NCBI GenBank assembly: GCA_016709315.1
Contig: JADJMZ010000007.1
Coordinates: 291,546-355,545 of the forward strand
DNA length: 64,000 nt
DNA from: Ignavibacteria bacterium
GTDB taxonomy: Bacteria > Bacteroidota > Ignavibacteria > Tepidaquicellales > Tepidaquicellaceae
Direction of reading: 5' to 3'
Shown: positions 36,724 to 46,857 of the stretch, piece by piece
How the letters are laid out: each line of letters begins with the position of its first letter
Position numbering within the stretch: position 1 is the stretch's first letter
Translations under genes and position numbers: made by a program
Notes under the pieces: model-generated
The model's database searches: none
Told to the model about the DNA's origin: nothing
Seen by the model: the letters and a program-made list of their open reading frames with translations, nothing else

Positions 36724-39372
36724 TTAAGGAATTATTTTTGTAACAGTGTTAAAAGAATTATTTTCTGTAATCGAAACATCACTGACATCGACATACCCGT
36801 CTCCGGTGAGATCAGAATTAACATATCCGGACATACCGCTGAAACTGTCATTGTCTGCTATACTCAGATCCGCAGCATCAACGCTTCCGTCCTGATCTAT
36901 GTCGCCGCTGAAAGTACAGTATTTACCGTTGATTAATTTCAGATTATTTCCGTATGCCTGTGCTGACGAGGTCGTAAAATCGTAACTCATTATTCCGCCG
37001 AATGCATAAGCTTCTCCACCTGCTTTACTCCATGTTTCAATGCTGTTCCTGTGTTTTAAAACATAATAATAATTTCCTGAAGCAGCATTTCTGAATACAA
37101 AACTGCCGGTGAAAGTAAGCGAATCAACTGTTGTTTCAGTTGAATCTATAATTGCATAAGCTGATGAACTGTTTCTGAGATACATTGTAACTGGATCTTT
37201 CATGTTCAGTGAATTTAAAGATGTATTGTAAAAACCTTCGTTTATTGTTTTTAAATTTACAGTTGAATTTACGCTGGTTAAGTAAGATGTATAATTGTTC
37301 AGTTTTATGTCATCTATGTACCATCCGTCTGAAGTAACGCTTGGATCTGTCTGAAGAGTAAATCTTATCTTAAGCTGAGATGAAGAATTTGCATATGAAG
37401 TAATATCAATATTCTGCTGCGTCCATGTTGTTTGAGTACCGTTGTATGAACTAACAGTCTGCCACGCTACACCGTTATTGCTTGATACTTCTACATTACA
37501 ATAATCATATCCCGCTTCAGTGCTGTACCTGTGCCAGAAACTTAATAATGTTATCGGCGAACTGCTGACATTTACAGGAATATTAAGTGTCATTGAGTTA
37601 GTTGTATTATCTGTATAATTTCCTGACGGACTGTCTGTAAATGAATTTGAAGGAGTATGCGACTGTGAAGATGTTACAGCCCAGCCAAGATTTGTCGTCC
37701 ATTTTCCAAAACCGTTTTCTGCGCTGTCAGCAAGTGTAGCGCTTCCGTTGCCTGTTAAAATATATTTTGTTTCTGTATAAACTACATCAGAATCATTTTG
37801 CTTGAATTTTATTAAAACAGGAACTGCGGAATTGTTTGGCAAAGCCGGTGAGATTGTAAATCCGAATGTCGAACTGTCACCCGCAAAAGAACTAAGTGAA
37901 GAATAATTATAAAAAGTTATTGGGACATTCAGATAATATGAACCGGATGTACACTCTATTTTTACATTCTGAGCAGTCTGTAACCCTTTGTTCCTGAACT
38001 TTATTTTTAAAGTGCCTGATTCCCCAGGTGAATAAACTGTTTTATTCAAAGTTGTTGAAACAGGATAAACATAAGCTCCTCCGATCATAGCAAAATACTG
38101 ATTTGTAAAAAGCATGCTTTGTGCAAGTGGAATTATTTCCGCCTGTGTCGGCCAGAATCCTGTAGTTCCTATTTCCGGTGTCATTGCTATTATTCTGTGA
38201 GGAGAATGAACTGAATCATTGTAATACCAGTCATCTGCTCCGCCCCTTACTTTATATCCGACAGTCTGCGAAGGTGTTCCAATAGTAAAGTGATTGTATA
38301 TTGTCATGTCAGCAAGATATTCATTAAACTTTGCATCATCAGGAGTAGGTATCGGATCCTGCCATGCCCAAGGTTTAATTAGATAATTTCCGTATGTATG
38401 AGCGCCGAGTATTGCGGAGAAGTTTCTTGAATTTACAAATTTCATAACAGCTCTTGTTTCCGGCTCGGAAAATGGTGAGGGACCTCTGTATGTATCACTT
38501 GAAGCAACAGTGCTCGAACCATTGTTTGAAGAATTCCAGTACTGATATATTCCGTAATTTCTGTTAAGATCTATTCCGTAACTTCCTCCGTTATTCTTTC
38601 TGTTCTTTCTCCACAGTCCCCCGCCTGAAGGATTAGTTGTTTCATTATAAACATATCCGTCCGGATTAAGCACCAGAGTAAAATATAATTCTCTGTTCTT
38701 CAGTATATATGTTGCAACCGGATCAATATTATAATTTTCAAAAAGCCAGTACATAAAATAAACATTCTGCTCCATGCTTTCCGGTTCTCTTGCATGAATC
38801 AAAGAATGAAACCAGATTTCAGGTCTGCCTGTAGGAGCATTCGGACTATTGGAAACTCTGACTGTCCATATCTTTCTGTTTTCAACTGAAGAATCCATCG
38901 CAAATTTTGCCGAGATCAGTCCCGGATATTCTAGACGCATAGAATCCAGTTTAGCATTAACCTGACTGTAAGTAAGAAAACCTCCCATTGATCCGTAGAT
39001 AGAGTGACTGACATTATCAGTTGCAACAGAATTTTCAATCGCGCGGCGAATCTCTCCGGCATTCATCTTAGGAAGCGCATCGTAATACTTTTTCCAGTCG
39101 CTGATAAGTATCTGATAAGACATCCCGCTTTTTTTAACTGATTCGATCTCACCTTGAGAAAGCCACGCTTCAATAAAATTATTTTTTCTGACGGCATGAT
39201 CAATGTGAAGATCATAAGCGCTGAGCCGGTCAAAATCAGTGTTATTGTTGATGTAAATTTTGATCTTGGAATATTTTTCAGGTTTGTCAGTCTGCGAGAA
39301 TGTTGTGTTTGTATAACCGGTAAATAATACTAGTACAGAAATGAAAAGTAAGCTGAGAAAGTTTCTCATCAT
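36724..39372 (-). CDS. Secreted M14 zinc carboxypeptidase with MAM-like domain, KHRN module and dockerin-like C-terminus
   Basis: Signal peptide and a propeptide-like N-terminus. Zn motif HSLIHAREPES, LNPDGY and IDLNRNY. LSFWHRYSTEAGYDYCNVEVSSNNGVAWQ (MAM-like). GNYYYVLKHRNSIETWS. GDIDQDGSVDAADLSIADND ... DLTGDGYVDVSDVSITENN. Only 33 nt separate it from the next gene, with no terminator. Confidence 0.85.
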   Translation of the reverse strand: MMRNFLSLLFISVLVLFTGYTNTTFSQTDKPEKYSKIKIYINNNTDFDRLSAYDLHIDHAVRKNNFIEAWLSQGEIESVKKSGMSYQILISDWKKYYDALPKMNAGEIRRAIENSVATDNVSHSIYGSMGGFLTYSQVNAKLDSMRLEYPGLISAKFAMDSSVENRKIWTVRVSNSPNAPTGRPEIWFHSLIHAREPESMEQNVYFMYWLFENYNIDPVATYILKNRELYFTLVLNPDGYVYNETTNPSGGGLWRKNRKNNGGSYGIDLNRNYGIYQYWNSSNNGSSTVASSDTYRGPSPFSEPETRAVMKFVNSRNFSAILGAHTYGNYLIKPWAWQDPIPTPDDAKFNEYLADMTIYNHFTIGTPSQTVGYKVRGGADDWYYNDSVHSPHRIIAMTPEIGTTGFWPTQAEIIPLAQSMLFTNQYFAMIGGAYVYPVSTTLNKTVYSPGESGTLKIKFRNKGLQTAQNVKIECTSGSYYLNVPITFYNYSSLSSFAGDSSTFGFTISPALPNNSAVPVLIKFKQNDSDVVYTETKYILTGNGSATLADSAENGFGKWTTNLGWAVTSSQSHTPSNSFTDSPSGNYTDNTTNSMTLNIPVNVSSSPITLLSFWHRYSTEAGYDYCNVEVSSNNGVAWQTVSSYNGTQTTWTQQNIDITSYANSSSQLKIRFTLQTDPSVTSDGWYIDDIKLNNYTSYLTSVNSTVNLKTINEGFYNTSLNSLNMKDPVTMYLRNSSSAYAIIDSTETTVDSLTFTGSFVFRNAASGNYYYVLKHRNSIETWSKAGGEAYAFGGIMSYDFTTSSAQAYGNNLKLINGKYCTFSGDIDQDGSVDAADLSIADNDSFSGMSGYVNSDLTGDGYVDVSDVSITENNSFNTVTKIIP

Positions 39373-39450
39373 AAATATATTAAAATTAATAAAAAGAAAT
39401 GTTCTTCCGGAAGGTGATATATTGTTTATGTAATTTACAATTTTTAAAAT

Positions 39451-39486
39451 AAAAAAAAGACTGAAAAGAAAATTCTCTTCAGTCTT
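39451..39486 (-). terminator. Rho-independent terminator of the 39565-42903 gene
   Basis: Minus strand: aagactgaa gagaattttctt ttcagtctt followed by T x8. Confidence 0.75.
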
Positions 39487-39564
39487 TTATTTAAATCTTT
39501 ACATGTTAAAAATATCTGAATTAAAGAAAATAAATTATCGTTTCTGAAATAAGATATTTCAAAA

Positions 39565-42500
39565 TTACTTTTTTAAATCTTTATTTTTAACTGGATTTCC
39601 TTTTCCTGTATTATTTTCCCTGGTAATAATTTCTTTTTTTCCCGTATCAGAATTTTTTCCTTCTGAAGGCTTCTTTGAAACAGAATTATTAACTGAGGTG
39701 TTCTGAAAATCTGATTGATTAACAATAATTACTGCTCCCGGAGGCGCTGCTACCTGAACCCCTGAAAAGCTGTTATTATCAACTATCGAAACATCCGATA
39801 CATCTACAAAATAATCCCCTGTAACATCTTCCGTAACATACCCTGTCAGACCGTTGAATGATGCATTATCAACTAAGCTTACGTCGGAAACGTCAATAAT
39901 ACCATCCTGATTAAAATCGCCGTTGTAATTACAATACTTCGATCCGACAAGTTTAATATTACTGTTATATGCCTGTGTTATTGCTGTTGTAAAGTTATAT
40001 GTGAATGGAGTGCCTCTCGTATAAACTTCTCCTCCTGATTTGCTCCAGGTTTCAAGCATGTTTCTTCCTTTTATTACTACATAATAAATACCTGTCTGCG
40101 CATTTGAAAATGTCACTGTACCGGTGTAAGTAACAGAATCAATCACTGTTTTTGCTGAATCAACAATTGAAAAAGGTGAAAAAGCATTTCTTAAATAAAA
40201 TCTTGCCGTATCTCTCATGTTAAGAGTGTTTGTAATTGTATTATGATATCCCTGCGCTGCAAAGGAGATCGCTGAAGTTGAAGGAGAAACGACTGCATTG
40301 ATTTTGCAAATATTATCCAAAAAAAGATTATTTCCGAATCCGCTTCTCGCTCTGAATTTTACTTTATTTGTACCGACAGGCAGTGAATATTTTTTTGTAG
40401 CCCATTGCGCTGCAGTTGGCGTGAACAGAGTGCTTGAAGCTGCGGTAGTATTAAGATTCCCGGTTGTATTATTTCCCCATAATCTTACTAATGATATAAA
40501 TGTTGTTCCGCCGTTAGAAGAAGTCAGTATTTCCAGTGAATCTGTACTTCCGTCTGTGTAAGGAGCGTAAGCATTATCAAATTTCAATGAATCCCCGGCA
40601 ACAGAGCTTCCGAATGTCAGAGAAATCATTGATTGTGTCGTACCGCTTGTTGCATTCCAGAAATTAAACTTGGATGAACCTGTTCCCGAACCGTAACCGC
40701 TGACTGATTCTCTTGTCCAGTAAAGTGTGCCTGTATATTCCAGACTCCAGTTCGTCGGGACAAATGTTGCAGAAGAAAAATCTTCGCATAAGATCTGATC
40801 AATAATCTGAAATGAATACATTGAAGTAGAATCCATGTTATGAGAAACTGAATTATCCTGCGCAAATATTCTGTAAAATATAAAATCTCCTACAACTACA
40901 TCAGAATTTAATGAATTGAATGCAGCAGAGAAAGTGCTACCAGTTGTATTTATTAACTTAAACTGCTTTATCGGTGCAGGAGAATTTTTATACCACTTAA
41001 CCCATGATGAATCCAGTCCGACATTATCAGTAACAGTAGCTGTTACGGTAGAAGGCCAGTTCGGCTTTGGCTGATTGCCAAGCTGAGTATGAACAATTAC
41101 TGGTTTTGTATTATCGGTCTGAGCAACAAATAAGTTCAATGAAGCAGGCGCACCTGCTGGTGAAACAGATGTTTTGTTTAGACTGTCTGTGGTTTTAATG
41201 TAATATCTGTAAGTTGCAGCCGCGCCGTTTGCAGGTATATTTGCTGTCCAGTTATTGCCTCCTGAATTTGTCATAAGCAGACTGTCGGTAATTGCAACAT
41301 TATTTCTTGACCATAATAATTTCGTCAGAGAAGGATTTATGCCTGAGCCGGAAGGAGTTATAACACAGTTTACTGCATAATTTCCAGAAAGCTGTTCTGT
41401 ATTTGGCAGCGGAGTGTGTGTAATTCCGGGTCCCAGATCAATCGAAGTTGTCCAGGCCTGAGAAATACCTGATTTATCATCCATCCATAATGGCCAGATC
41501 TTTCCGTTGCCGGATGTTACGCCTATGTAATCTCCCATATACCCTGTTGCTAATCCGGATACACTGATTGTTTTCGGTTGAAATCTATGATCGCTAACAA
41601 GCAAATCAGTAAAAGTCGTACCTCCGTCTATTGAGCGTGACATATAAATTTCGCTTGAGTCTGAAGCAGTATTTCTGTCATCGTAATATACAATATTTAC
41701 ACCGCCGATTTCATCAACTCTTATAGCAGGAAAGAACTGATACTTTCCGTTATTTAATGCATCCTGATTAACCCTTACTCCTGCTGACCAGCTGACGCCT
41801 CCGTCAGTTGATTTATGAAGTACAACATCGGGATCAGAACCTGCAGGTGCAAGATTTTTTTCTGAAGCAACTACATAGATCCATCCGTTTCTCGGACCGC
41901 CGCTTCTGTCAACATCTATTCTTGTGAAACCATTTGTTCTGATGTTGTTTTTGGTCGGGAATGAACCTCTGATACCGTTCATATCATATGCATTATTTGT
42001 AACCGTCCAGGTAACTCCGCCGTTAACCGATTTGGCAAATCCTGCAAAGTCTTCTACATTTGCGGCTGCTGTATTTGGAGCAGCCCAGACAACATATACT
42101 TCACCGTTAGGGCCGACTCTTGCATCACATCCCTGTGAATAATGCCCGGCTACGGAAGTATTGATCTGTGCAGCAGCGGACCAGGATACTCCGCCGTTTG
42201 CTGTATAAGATATTGCTATCGGAGGATTGCTGACTGAGAATAAAGACCAGACCACATACGACCTTCCGTAATAAGGACTTGACGGAGCGTCATCTGTTGT
42301 GGCAAAATTTTTATCCTGTGAACCTGAAGCAATAGTATAAGTTGAAGACCACGTTGCGCCGTTGTTTGAAGAATAATTTGCAAACATTCCGCTTGTGCTG
42401 TATCCTAGATGCGACATTATGATAACTCCGTTTTTATCAATCGTCGGACCGGGATCACCTCCGTGATTTCCAATCGGAGCACCCTGCAATGTATCGCTTC

Positions 42501-42903
42501 CAAACCAGTTCACTCCGCCGTTTGTAGTAACATATACACCTTCACTTATAAAAAGAGTGCCTGTATTATTTATAGCATTTGATGAACCAAACATGATCAG
42601 CGGATTCAGCGGATGTCTGCAGATTATAACTTCAGACTGATAACTGCCTGCTCTCGGCAGTATTCTGAAATTAGGATTTACAGCATAAACACCGCTTGGA
42701 CTGCTGATGTATCTGGTTGTATTATTGGGATTGAAATAATCATACTCCTGAGGAAGCGGAGCTGTTGAAATTACATTTGGATCATAAATTCCTGTTTGCT
42801 GAGGATCAATATTCCATTTCTCGGGTTTATTTATGGACTTTTGCCCCATGAATAAAAATAATCCAAGAACAGAAAAAAAGAACAGAGAAAAGACTTTCTT
42901 CAT
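39565..42903 (-). CDS. Secreted BNR/Asp-box propeller + two Ig-like + jelly-roll protein with KHRN-like module, dockerin-like repeats and basic tail
   Basis: Signal peptide. TTNGGVNW, SSNNGATW, TANGGVSW, SVNGGVTW, STDGGVSW, SIDGGTTF. GPNGEVYVVWA. CEDFSSATFVP...SGFGNNLFLDNICK. GIYYVVIKGRNMLETWS. GDFNQDGIIDVSDVSLVDN ... DVTGDYFVDVSDVSIVDNN. PPGAV followed by a tail. Confidence 0.85.
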   Translation of the reverse strand: MKKVFSLFFFSVLGLFLFMGQKSINKPEKWNIDPQQTGIYDPNVISTAPLPQEYDYFNPNNTTRYISSPSGVYAVNPNFRILPRAGSYQSEVIICRHPLNPLIMFGSSNAINNTGTLFISEGVYVTTNGGVNWFGSDTLQGAPIGNHGGDPGPTIDKNGVIIMSHLGYSTSGMFANYSSNNGATWSSTYTIASGSQDKNFATTDDAPSSPYYGRSYVVWSLFSVSNPPIAISYTANGGVSWSAAAQINTSVAGHYSQGCDARVGPNGEVYVVWAAPNTAAANVEDFAGFAKSVNGGVTWTVTNNAYDMNGIRGSFPTKNNIRTNGFTRIDVDRSGGPRNGWIYVVASEKNLAPAGSDPDVVLHKSTDGGVSWSAGVRVNQDALNNGKYQFFPAIRVDEIGGVNIVYYDDRNTASDSSEIYMSRSIDGGTTFTDLLVSDHRFQPKTISVSGLATGYMGDYIGVTSGNGKIWPLWMDDKSGISQAWTTSIDLGPGITHTPLPNTEQLSGNYAVNCVITPSGSGINPSLTKLLWSRNNVAITDSLLMTNSGGNNWTANIPANGAAATYRYYIKTTDSLNKTSVSPAGAPASLNLFVAQTDNTKPVIVHTQLGNQPKPNWPSTVTATVTDNVGLDSSWVKWYKNSPAPIKQFKLINTTGSTFSAAFNSLNSDVVVGDFIFYRIFAQDNSVSHNMDSTSMYSFQIIDQILCEDFSSATFVPTNWSLEYTGTLYWTRESVSGYGSGTGSSKFNFWNATSGTTQSMISLTFGSSVAGDSLKFDNAYAPYTDGSTDSLEILTSSNGGTTFISLVRLWGNNTTGNLNTTAASSTLFTPTAAQWATKKYSLPVGTNKVKFRARSGFGNNLFLDNICKINAVVSPSTSAISFAAQGYHNTITNTLNMRDTARFYLRNAFSPFSIVDSAKTVIDSVTYTGTVTFSNAQTGIYYVVIKGRNMLETWSKSGGEVYTRGTPFTYNFTTAITQAYNSNIKLVGSKYCNYNGDFNQDGIIDVSDVSLVDNASFNGLTGYVTEDVTGDYFVDVSDVSIVDNNSFSGVQVAAPPGAVIIVNQSDFQNTSVNNSVSKKPSEGKNSDTGKKEIITRENNTGKGNPVKNKDLKK

Positions 42904-43307
42904 TTTATTTGGGATTTTAAATTAGATAAAAAATTATTTGGTATTCAATATATACAATAAATAATTTATTTAAAATGTTCATATGTAAAAATGTATACAT
43001 AAATTTCCAGTGTTGTCCAAAACGTTTTAATTAAAATTAAATGAAAGCTGTTTTAAACAACCCCAATCCGGGGCATTTAAGAAAAAACCTCATAGTCTCC
43101 AGGGCTCAAAGAATCTTGTTTAAAAGTATTAACTCCGAGTCTTAGAGAATTTGAGATTATTCATTTCTTTTAAGACAGATTTCCTGGTCTTGGGAAAGTT
43201 GAATTCCCGTTTACAAAGCTGATCATCTCGAGAAACAGGAGGCTTTGTAAACAAAAATGGCTTATTTTCTTGTTTTAGCACTCTCGAAAAAGTATACAGA
43301 AGCTGTG

Positions 43308-43535
43308 CTACTATTAACAGAAGACCCTCTACTATTAACAGAAGACCCTCTACTATTAACAGAAGACCCTCTACTATTAACAGAAGACCCTCTACTATTA
43401 ACAGAAGACCCTCTACTATTAACAGAAGATCTGCTACTATTAACAGAAGACCTACTATTAACAGAAGACCCTCTACTATTAACAGAAGACCCTCTACTAT
43501 AAACAGAAGACCTGATACTATTAACAGAAGTCTTT
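43308..43535. repeat. 21-bp tandem repeat, 11 units (ctactattaacagaagaccct)
   Basis: Units counted directly. Five perfect consecutive copies from 43308, then variants, including one 18-nt unit at 43434-43451. Confidence 0.95.
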
Positions 43536-43835
43536 CTGTTTTAAGCAGCTAATATGACAAATGTTCCGAAAACTTACAAATTTGTATAAAATAACGGCTT
43601 AAATATAATTATATCCAGGGTATTTGATCAATTATGAGTTAAACATTGTATAAGTTGTATAATTTGATAATAAAAGAAGATATCAGTTAAGTAAACATTT
43701 TTTAATTTTTTAAAAATTTAAATTGCTTTGTATTTTAATACAATAACCTAATCTGCCGGAAATTGAGGTTGTAAATTTCATGTATAATCCTTTTTTAGTT
43801 AAATTTATAAATTGCTCAAATTAGGTTAGTTTAAC

Positions 43836-43871
43836 AAAAAAAAGACTGAAAAGGATTACCTCTTCAGTCTT
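43836..43871 (-). terminator. Rho-independent terminator of the 43894-46740 gene
   Basis: Minus strand: agactgaa gaggtaatcctt ttcagtct followed by T x8. The stem sequence is shared with the terminators at 39451 and 46798. Confidence 0.75.
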
Positions 43872-43893
43872 TTGATTTTAATGTTTCTGATTT

Positions 43894-46740
43894 TTAATGA
43901 CTTCCGAATAAAGAATTGCTTTTTACTTTGTCTTTATTTTCAAAGACTCCGTCAGAAGGAATTCTTTTGTTTAAATTATATTTTTCATTCAGTAAATCTT
44001 TTTGCTGTTTTTCAATAGCAAGTTTTTCCTTCGCAGCTGATTTCATTTCTTCCAGCAGTTTCTTTCCGGATTCATACTTCATTCTTTCCGAATCAGATTT
44101 GAATTCCGGAACATTATCGTTTTCAACAGGATTAATTGTTGGAGCAGCTCCCGGAGGTCCTACCATTGATACACCGACATTGTTATCCACTACGGATACA
44201 TCAGATGCATCAACAAAGGTATCTCCGTTAACATCTTCTACTACATATCCTGATGCTCCTGAAAATGCACCGTTATCCACAAGACTCAGATCGGAACCGT
44301 CTATGGTCTCGTCCTGATTTATATCACCGCTGTACATGCCATAGAAAGGCTGAGGATCAATAAGCTTCTCACTGCTGAGATATGTCTGTGTCAGAATGTT
44401 AATAAAATCTCTGTTAAAAGATGAACCTCTTACATAAGCAAATCCTCCTGCAGCACTCCATGTCTTGATAGTATTTCTGTGCTTGAATGCAAGATAATAA
44501 TTACCGTTAAGGGCTTTTGGAAAAACAGGACTTCCTAAACAACCACCCGATGCCAATAATGAAATTGATGAATCAACAGCTATGTTTGGAAAATCTGTTC
44601 TGTAAAGATAAGCTCTGATTGTATCAGGTATTGCCTGAGGAAATGGTGTAGCTCTGTAGAATCCTTCTGGAACACAGCATAAACCATTTGCTACAGCATT
44701 TGGCAGAGCCTTTATGCAGATATTATCCAGATACAGATTATTTCCGAATCCGCTTATGGCTCTCATTCTTATCCTGTTTGTTCCTAACGGCAAATTATAA
44801 ATTTTTGATGCCCATTGGTTATTAGCAGGAACAAATGACAAAGTAGTAGCAGGTGCAGTATTTAATTCACCGCTTCCGTCAGCTTTACCAAGAAGTGTGG
44901 CAAGAGTAGAATATGAAGTTCCTCCGTTTGTTGAAGACTGAACTATAAGTGTATCCGGTCCGAATGACGGCGAGTAAGGTGCATATGCCTCATCAAAAGT
45001 TACATAATAACCTGCCGGTACCGGTTGAAAATCTGTGATCAGAGACTGATCAGTTCCCACATTAGCATTATAAAAATTAAACATCGCTGATCCTGTTCCT
45101 CCGCCATATGCGCTTTGAGTTGTTCTGTTCCAGTATTGCGATCCTGTATAAAGCAATGAATAATAATCCGGTGTAAATGCGGTTGAAGAAAAATCCTGAC
45201 ATCCCGGACAGGGATTGGATGGAGTAACTTCAACTTTTGCAGTCCATGCATTATAAACTCCTGAACTATTGGACATCCAGTAAGGCCAGATTCTCTGATT
45301 TCCGTTAACTGGATTTCCTTCTATAAGAGCTGATGTTATTCCGATATAATCTCCCGCATACTGAGTATTAACTCCTGCTACTCCGGTAGGTCCGTGTTTA
45401 AATTTATTTCCGACTTTTACATCCGTAAATGTAGCACCGCCGTCTGTAGACCTGGAAAGATAAACTTCTGAAGAGTCATTCGTAGCTGTATTTCTTGTAT
45501 CATAATACACAACATTTACTCCGCCCGATTCATCTACTCTGACTGCTGACATATATTGTTTTTTTCCGTTACCGAATGCATCCTGATTTACTCTGACTCC
45601 CGGAAGCCAGGAAGTACCGCCATTTGAAGATCTGTAAAGAACTATATCAGACACATCACCTGCTATACCTGGATTTTTTTCACCGACTACAACGTATATC
45701 CAGCCGGCTCTCGGACCGCATGTTCTGTCAACATCTATTCTCGGGAATCCTGCAACTCTTATCCCGTTATGCATATTGAAGGTTCTGTTTCCGTTTACAT
45801 TTGCAGCATGGTTAGTTGCAATCGTCCAGCTTACTCCTCCGTCTGTGGATTTTGCAAATCCAAGAGAATCTTCTGTAAAGGGACTAATGTCAGCATCAGC
45901 GCAAGTCCAAACAACATATACTTCTCCGTTTGGTCCGCATTTAACATCGGCACCCTGATGAAAGTAATTTGAACCAGCTACTGCAGCAGGACTTATTAGA
46001 GCTTCAGATGACCAGCTTACTCCGCCATTAGTTGTATATGAACCTACTAATCTGTATAAATTAGCGCCGGCGAATTCTGTATAGACTGTATAACTTCTTC
46101 CGTAAAAAGCGCTTGAAGGAGCATCGTCAGTTGCGGAAAAATTCTTATCAGAACTTGATGTCGAACCCGGAATTGTAACCGTAGTTGACCAGTTGACTCC
46201 GTTATTGGTTGACCAGGATGCACCCATCTGACCAGATGTAGTAATATATGAATTAATGAATCTTCCGTTTCTATCGATCAACGGACCGGGATCTCCGAAA
46301 TTAAATACAGGAGTTCCTGCAGATGAAAATAATGTATCATTTCCAAACCAGGATGTACCTCCGTCTGTTGTTACATACCAGCCGGTACTGAAGCTTCCTC
46401 CTCTTGATGTGTTTGCTGATGCGAACATTATAAGTGGATTAGTCGGATGCCGTGTGATAGGAACTTCAGTCTGATGACCCGCTGAAATCGGATGTACCCT
46501 GAAAGCTGAATTTACAACTAACACACCCATCGGTGTATTATAATATGTTGGTTCATTAATTACAGGACCAGAATAATCCTGCTGCGGCAAAGGAGTATAT
46601 TCCTGAAATACATTTCCGGAATTGATTCTTGAGCTGGGATCCGGATTCCATCTCGGACTGTCATCTCCTGATGAAAAACCCGAATAAATGAGATAAGAAA
46701 ATGTTAAAAGAACAGTGAGTAAAAAAAGTTTAAATTTCAT
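43894..46740 (-). CDS. Secreted BNR/Asp-box propeller + jelly-roll protein with KHRN module, dockerin-like repeats and charged tail
   Basis: Signal peptide. PITRHPTNPLIMFASANT, TTDGGTSW, STNNGVNW, TTNGGVSW, STDGGVSW, SSNGGTSW, STDGGATF. CQDFSSTAFTP...SGFGNNLYLDNICIK. GNYYLAFKHRNTIKTWS. GDINQDETIDGSDLSLVDN ... DVNGDTFVDASDVSVVDNN. PPGAAP followed by a tail. Confidence 0.85.
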   Translation of the reverse strand: MKFKLFLLTVLLTFSYLIYSGFSSGDDSPRWNPDPSSRINSGNVFQEYTPLPQQDYSGPVINEPTYYNTPMGVLVVNSAFRVHPISAGHQTEVPITRHPTNPLIMFASANTSRGGSFSTGWYVTTDGGTSWFGNDTLFSSAGTPVFNFGDPGPLIDRNGRFINSYITTSGQMGASWSTNNGVNWSTTVTIPGSTSSSDKNFSATDDAPSSAFYGRSYTVYTEFAGANLYRLVGSYTTNGGVSWSSEALISPAAVAGSNYFHQGADVKCGPNGEVYVVWTCADADISPFTEDSLGFAKSTDGGVSWTIATNHAANVNGNRTFNMHNGIRVAGFPRIDVDRTCGPRAGWIYVVVGEKNPGIAGDVSDIVLYRSSNGGTSWLPGVRVNQDAFGNGKKQYMSAVRVDESGGVNVVYYDTRNTATNDSSEVYLSRSTDGGATFTDVKVGNKFKHGPTGVAGVNTQYAGDYIGITSALIEGNPVNGNQRIWPYWMSNSSGVYNAWTAKVEVTPSNPCPGCQDFSSTAFTPDYYSLLYTGSQYWNRTTQSAYGGGTGSAMFNFYNANVGTDQSLITDFQPVPAGYYVTFDEAYAPYSPSFGPDTLIVQSSTNGGTSYSTLATLLGKADGSGELNTAPATTLSFVPANNQWASKIYNLPLGTNRIRMRAISGFGNNLYLDNICIKALPNAVANGLCCVPEGFYRATPFPQAIPDTIRAYLYRTDFPNIAVDSSISLLASGGCLGSPVFPKALNGNYYLAFKHRNTIKTWSAAGGFAYVRGSSFNRDFINILTQTYLSSEKLIDPQPFYGMYSGDINQDETIDGSDLSLVDNGAFSGASGYVVEDVNGDTFVDASDVSVVDNNVGVSMVGPPGAAPTINPVENDNVPEFKSDSERMKYESGKKLLEEMKSAAKEKLAIEKQQKDLLNEKYNLNKRIPSDGVFENKDKVKSNSLFGSH

Positions 46741-46797
46741 GCATAATCCTTTCTTTTTGTTTAATTAATAAATTGACTCAAATTACAAAATTTAAAT

Positions 46798-46835
46798 AAA
46801 AAAAAAAGACTGAAAAGATTTCTCTCATCAGTCTT
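46798..46835 (-). terminator. Rho-independent terminator of the 46858-49667 gene
   Basis: Minus strand: agactga tgagagaaatctttt tcagtct followed by T x10. Confidence 0.75.
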
Positions 46836-46857
46836 TTAATTTAAAAATTACTAATTC

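Noticed and set aside
43210-43251. Perfect 10-bp inverted repeat tttacaaagc / gctttgtaaa as a terminator
   Set aside because: The loop is 22 nt and neither strand has a following T-run. It sits in the relic gap, so it may be structural, but it is not a canonical intrinsic terminator.
43257-43502. 81-aa ORF encoding LLLTEDP heptad repeats
   Set aside because: The ORF exists only because the 21-bp repeat period is a multiple of three. It runs antisense to the surrounding genes, and its unique N-terminus shows no signal or known motif. It is treated as a DNA-level repeat, though a repeat peptide cannot be fully excluded.
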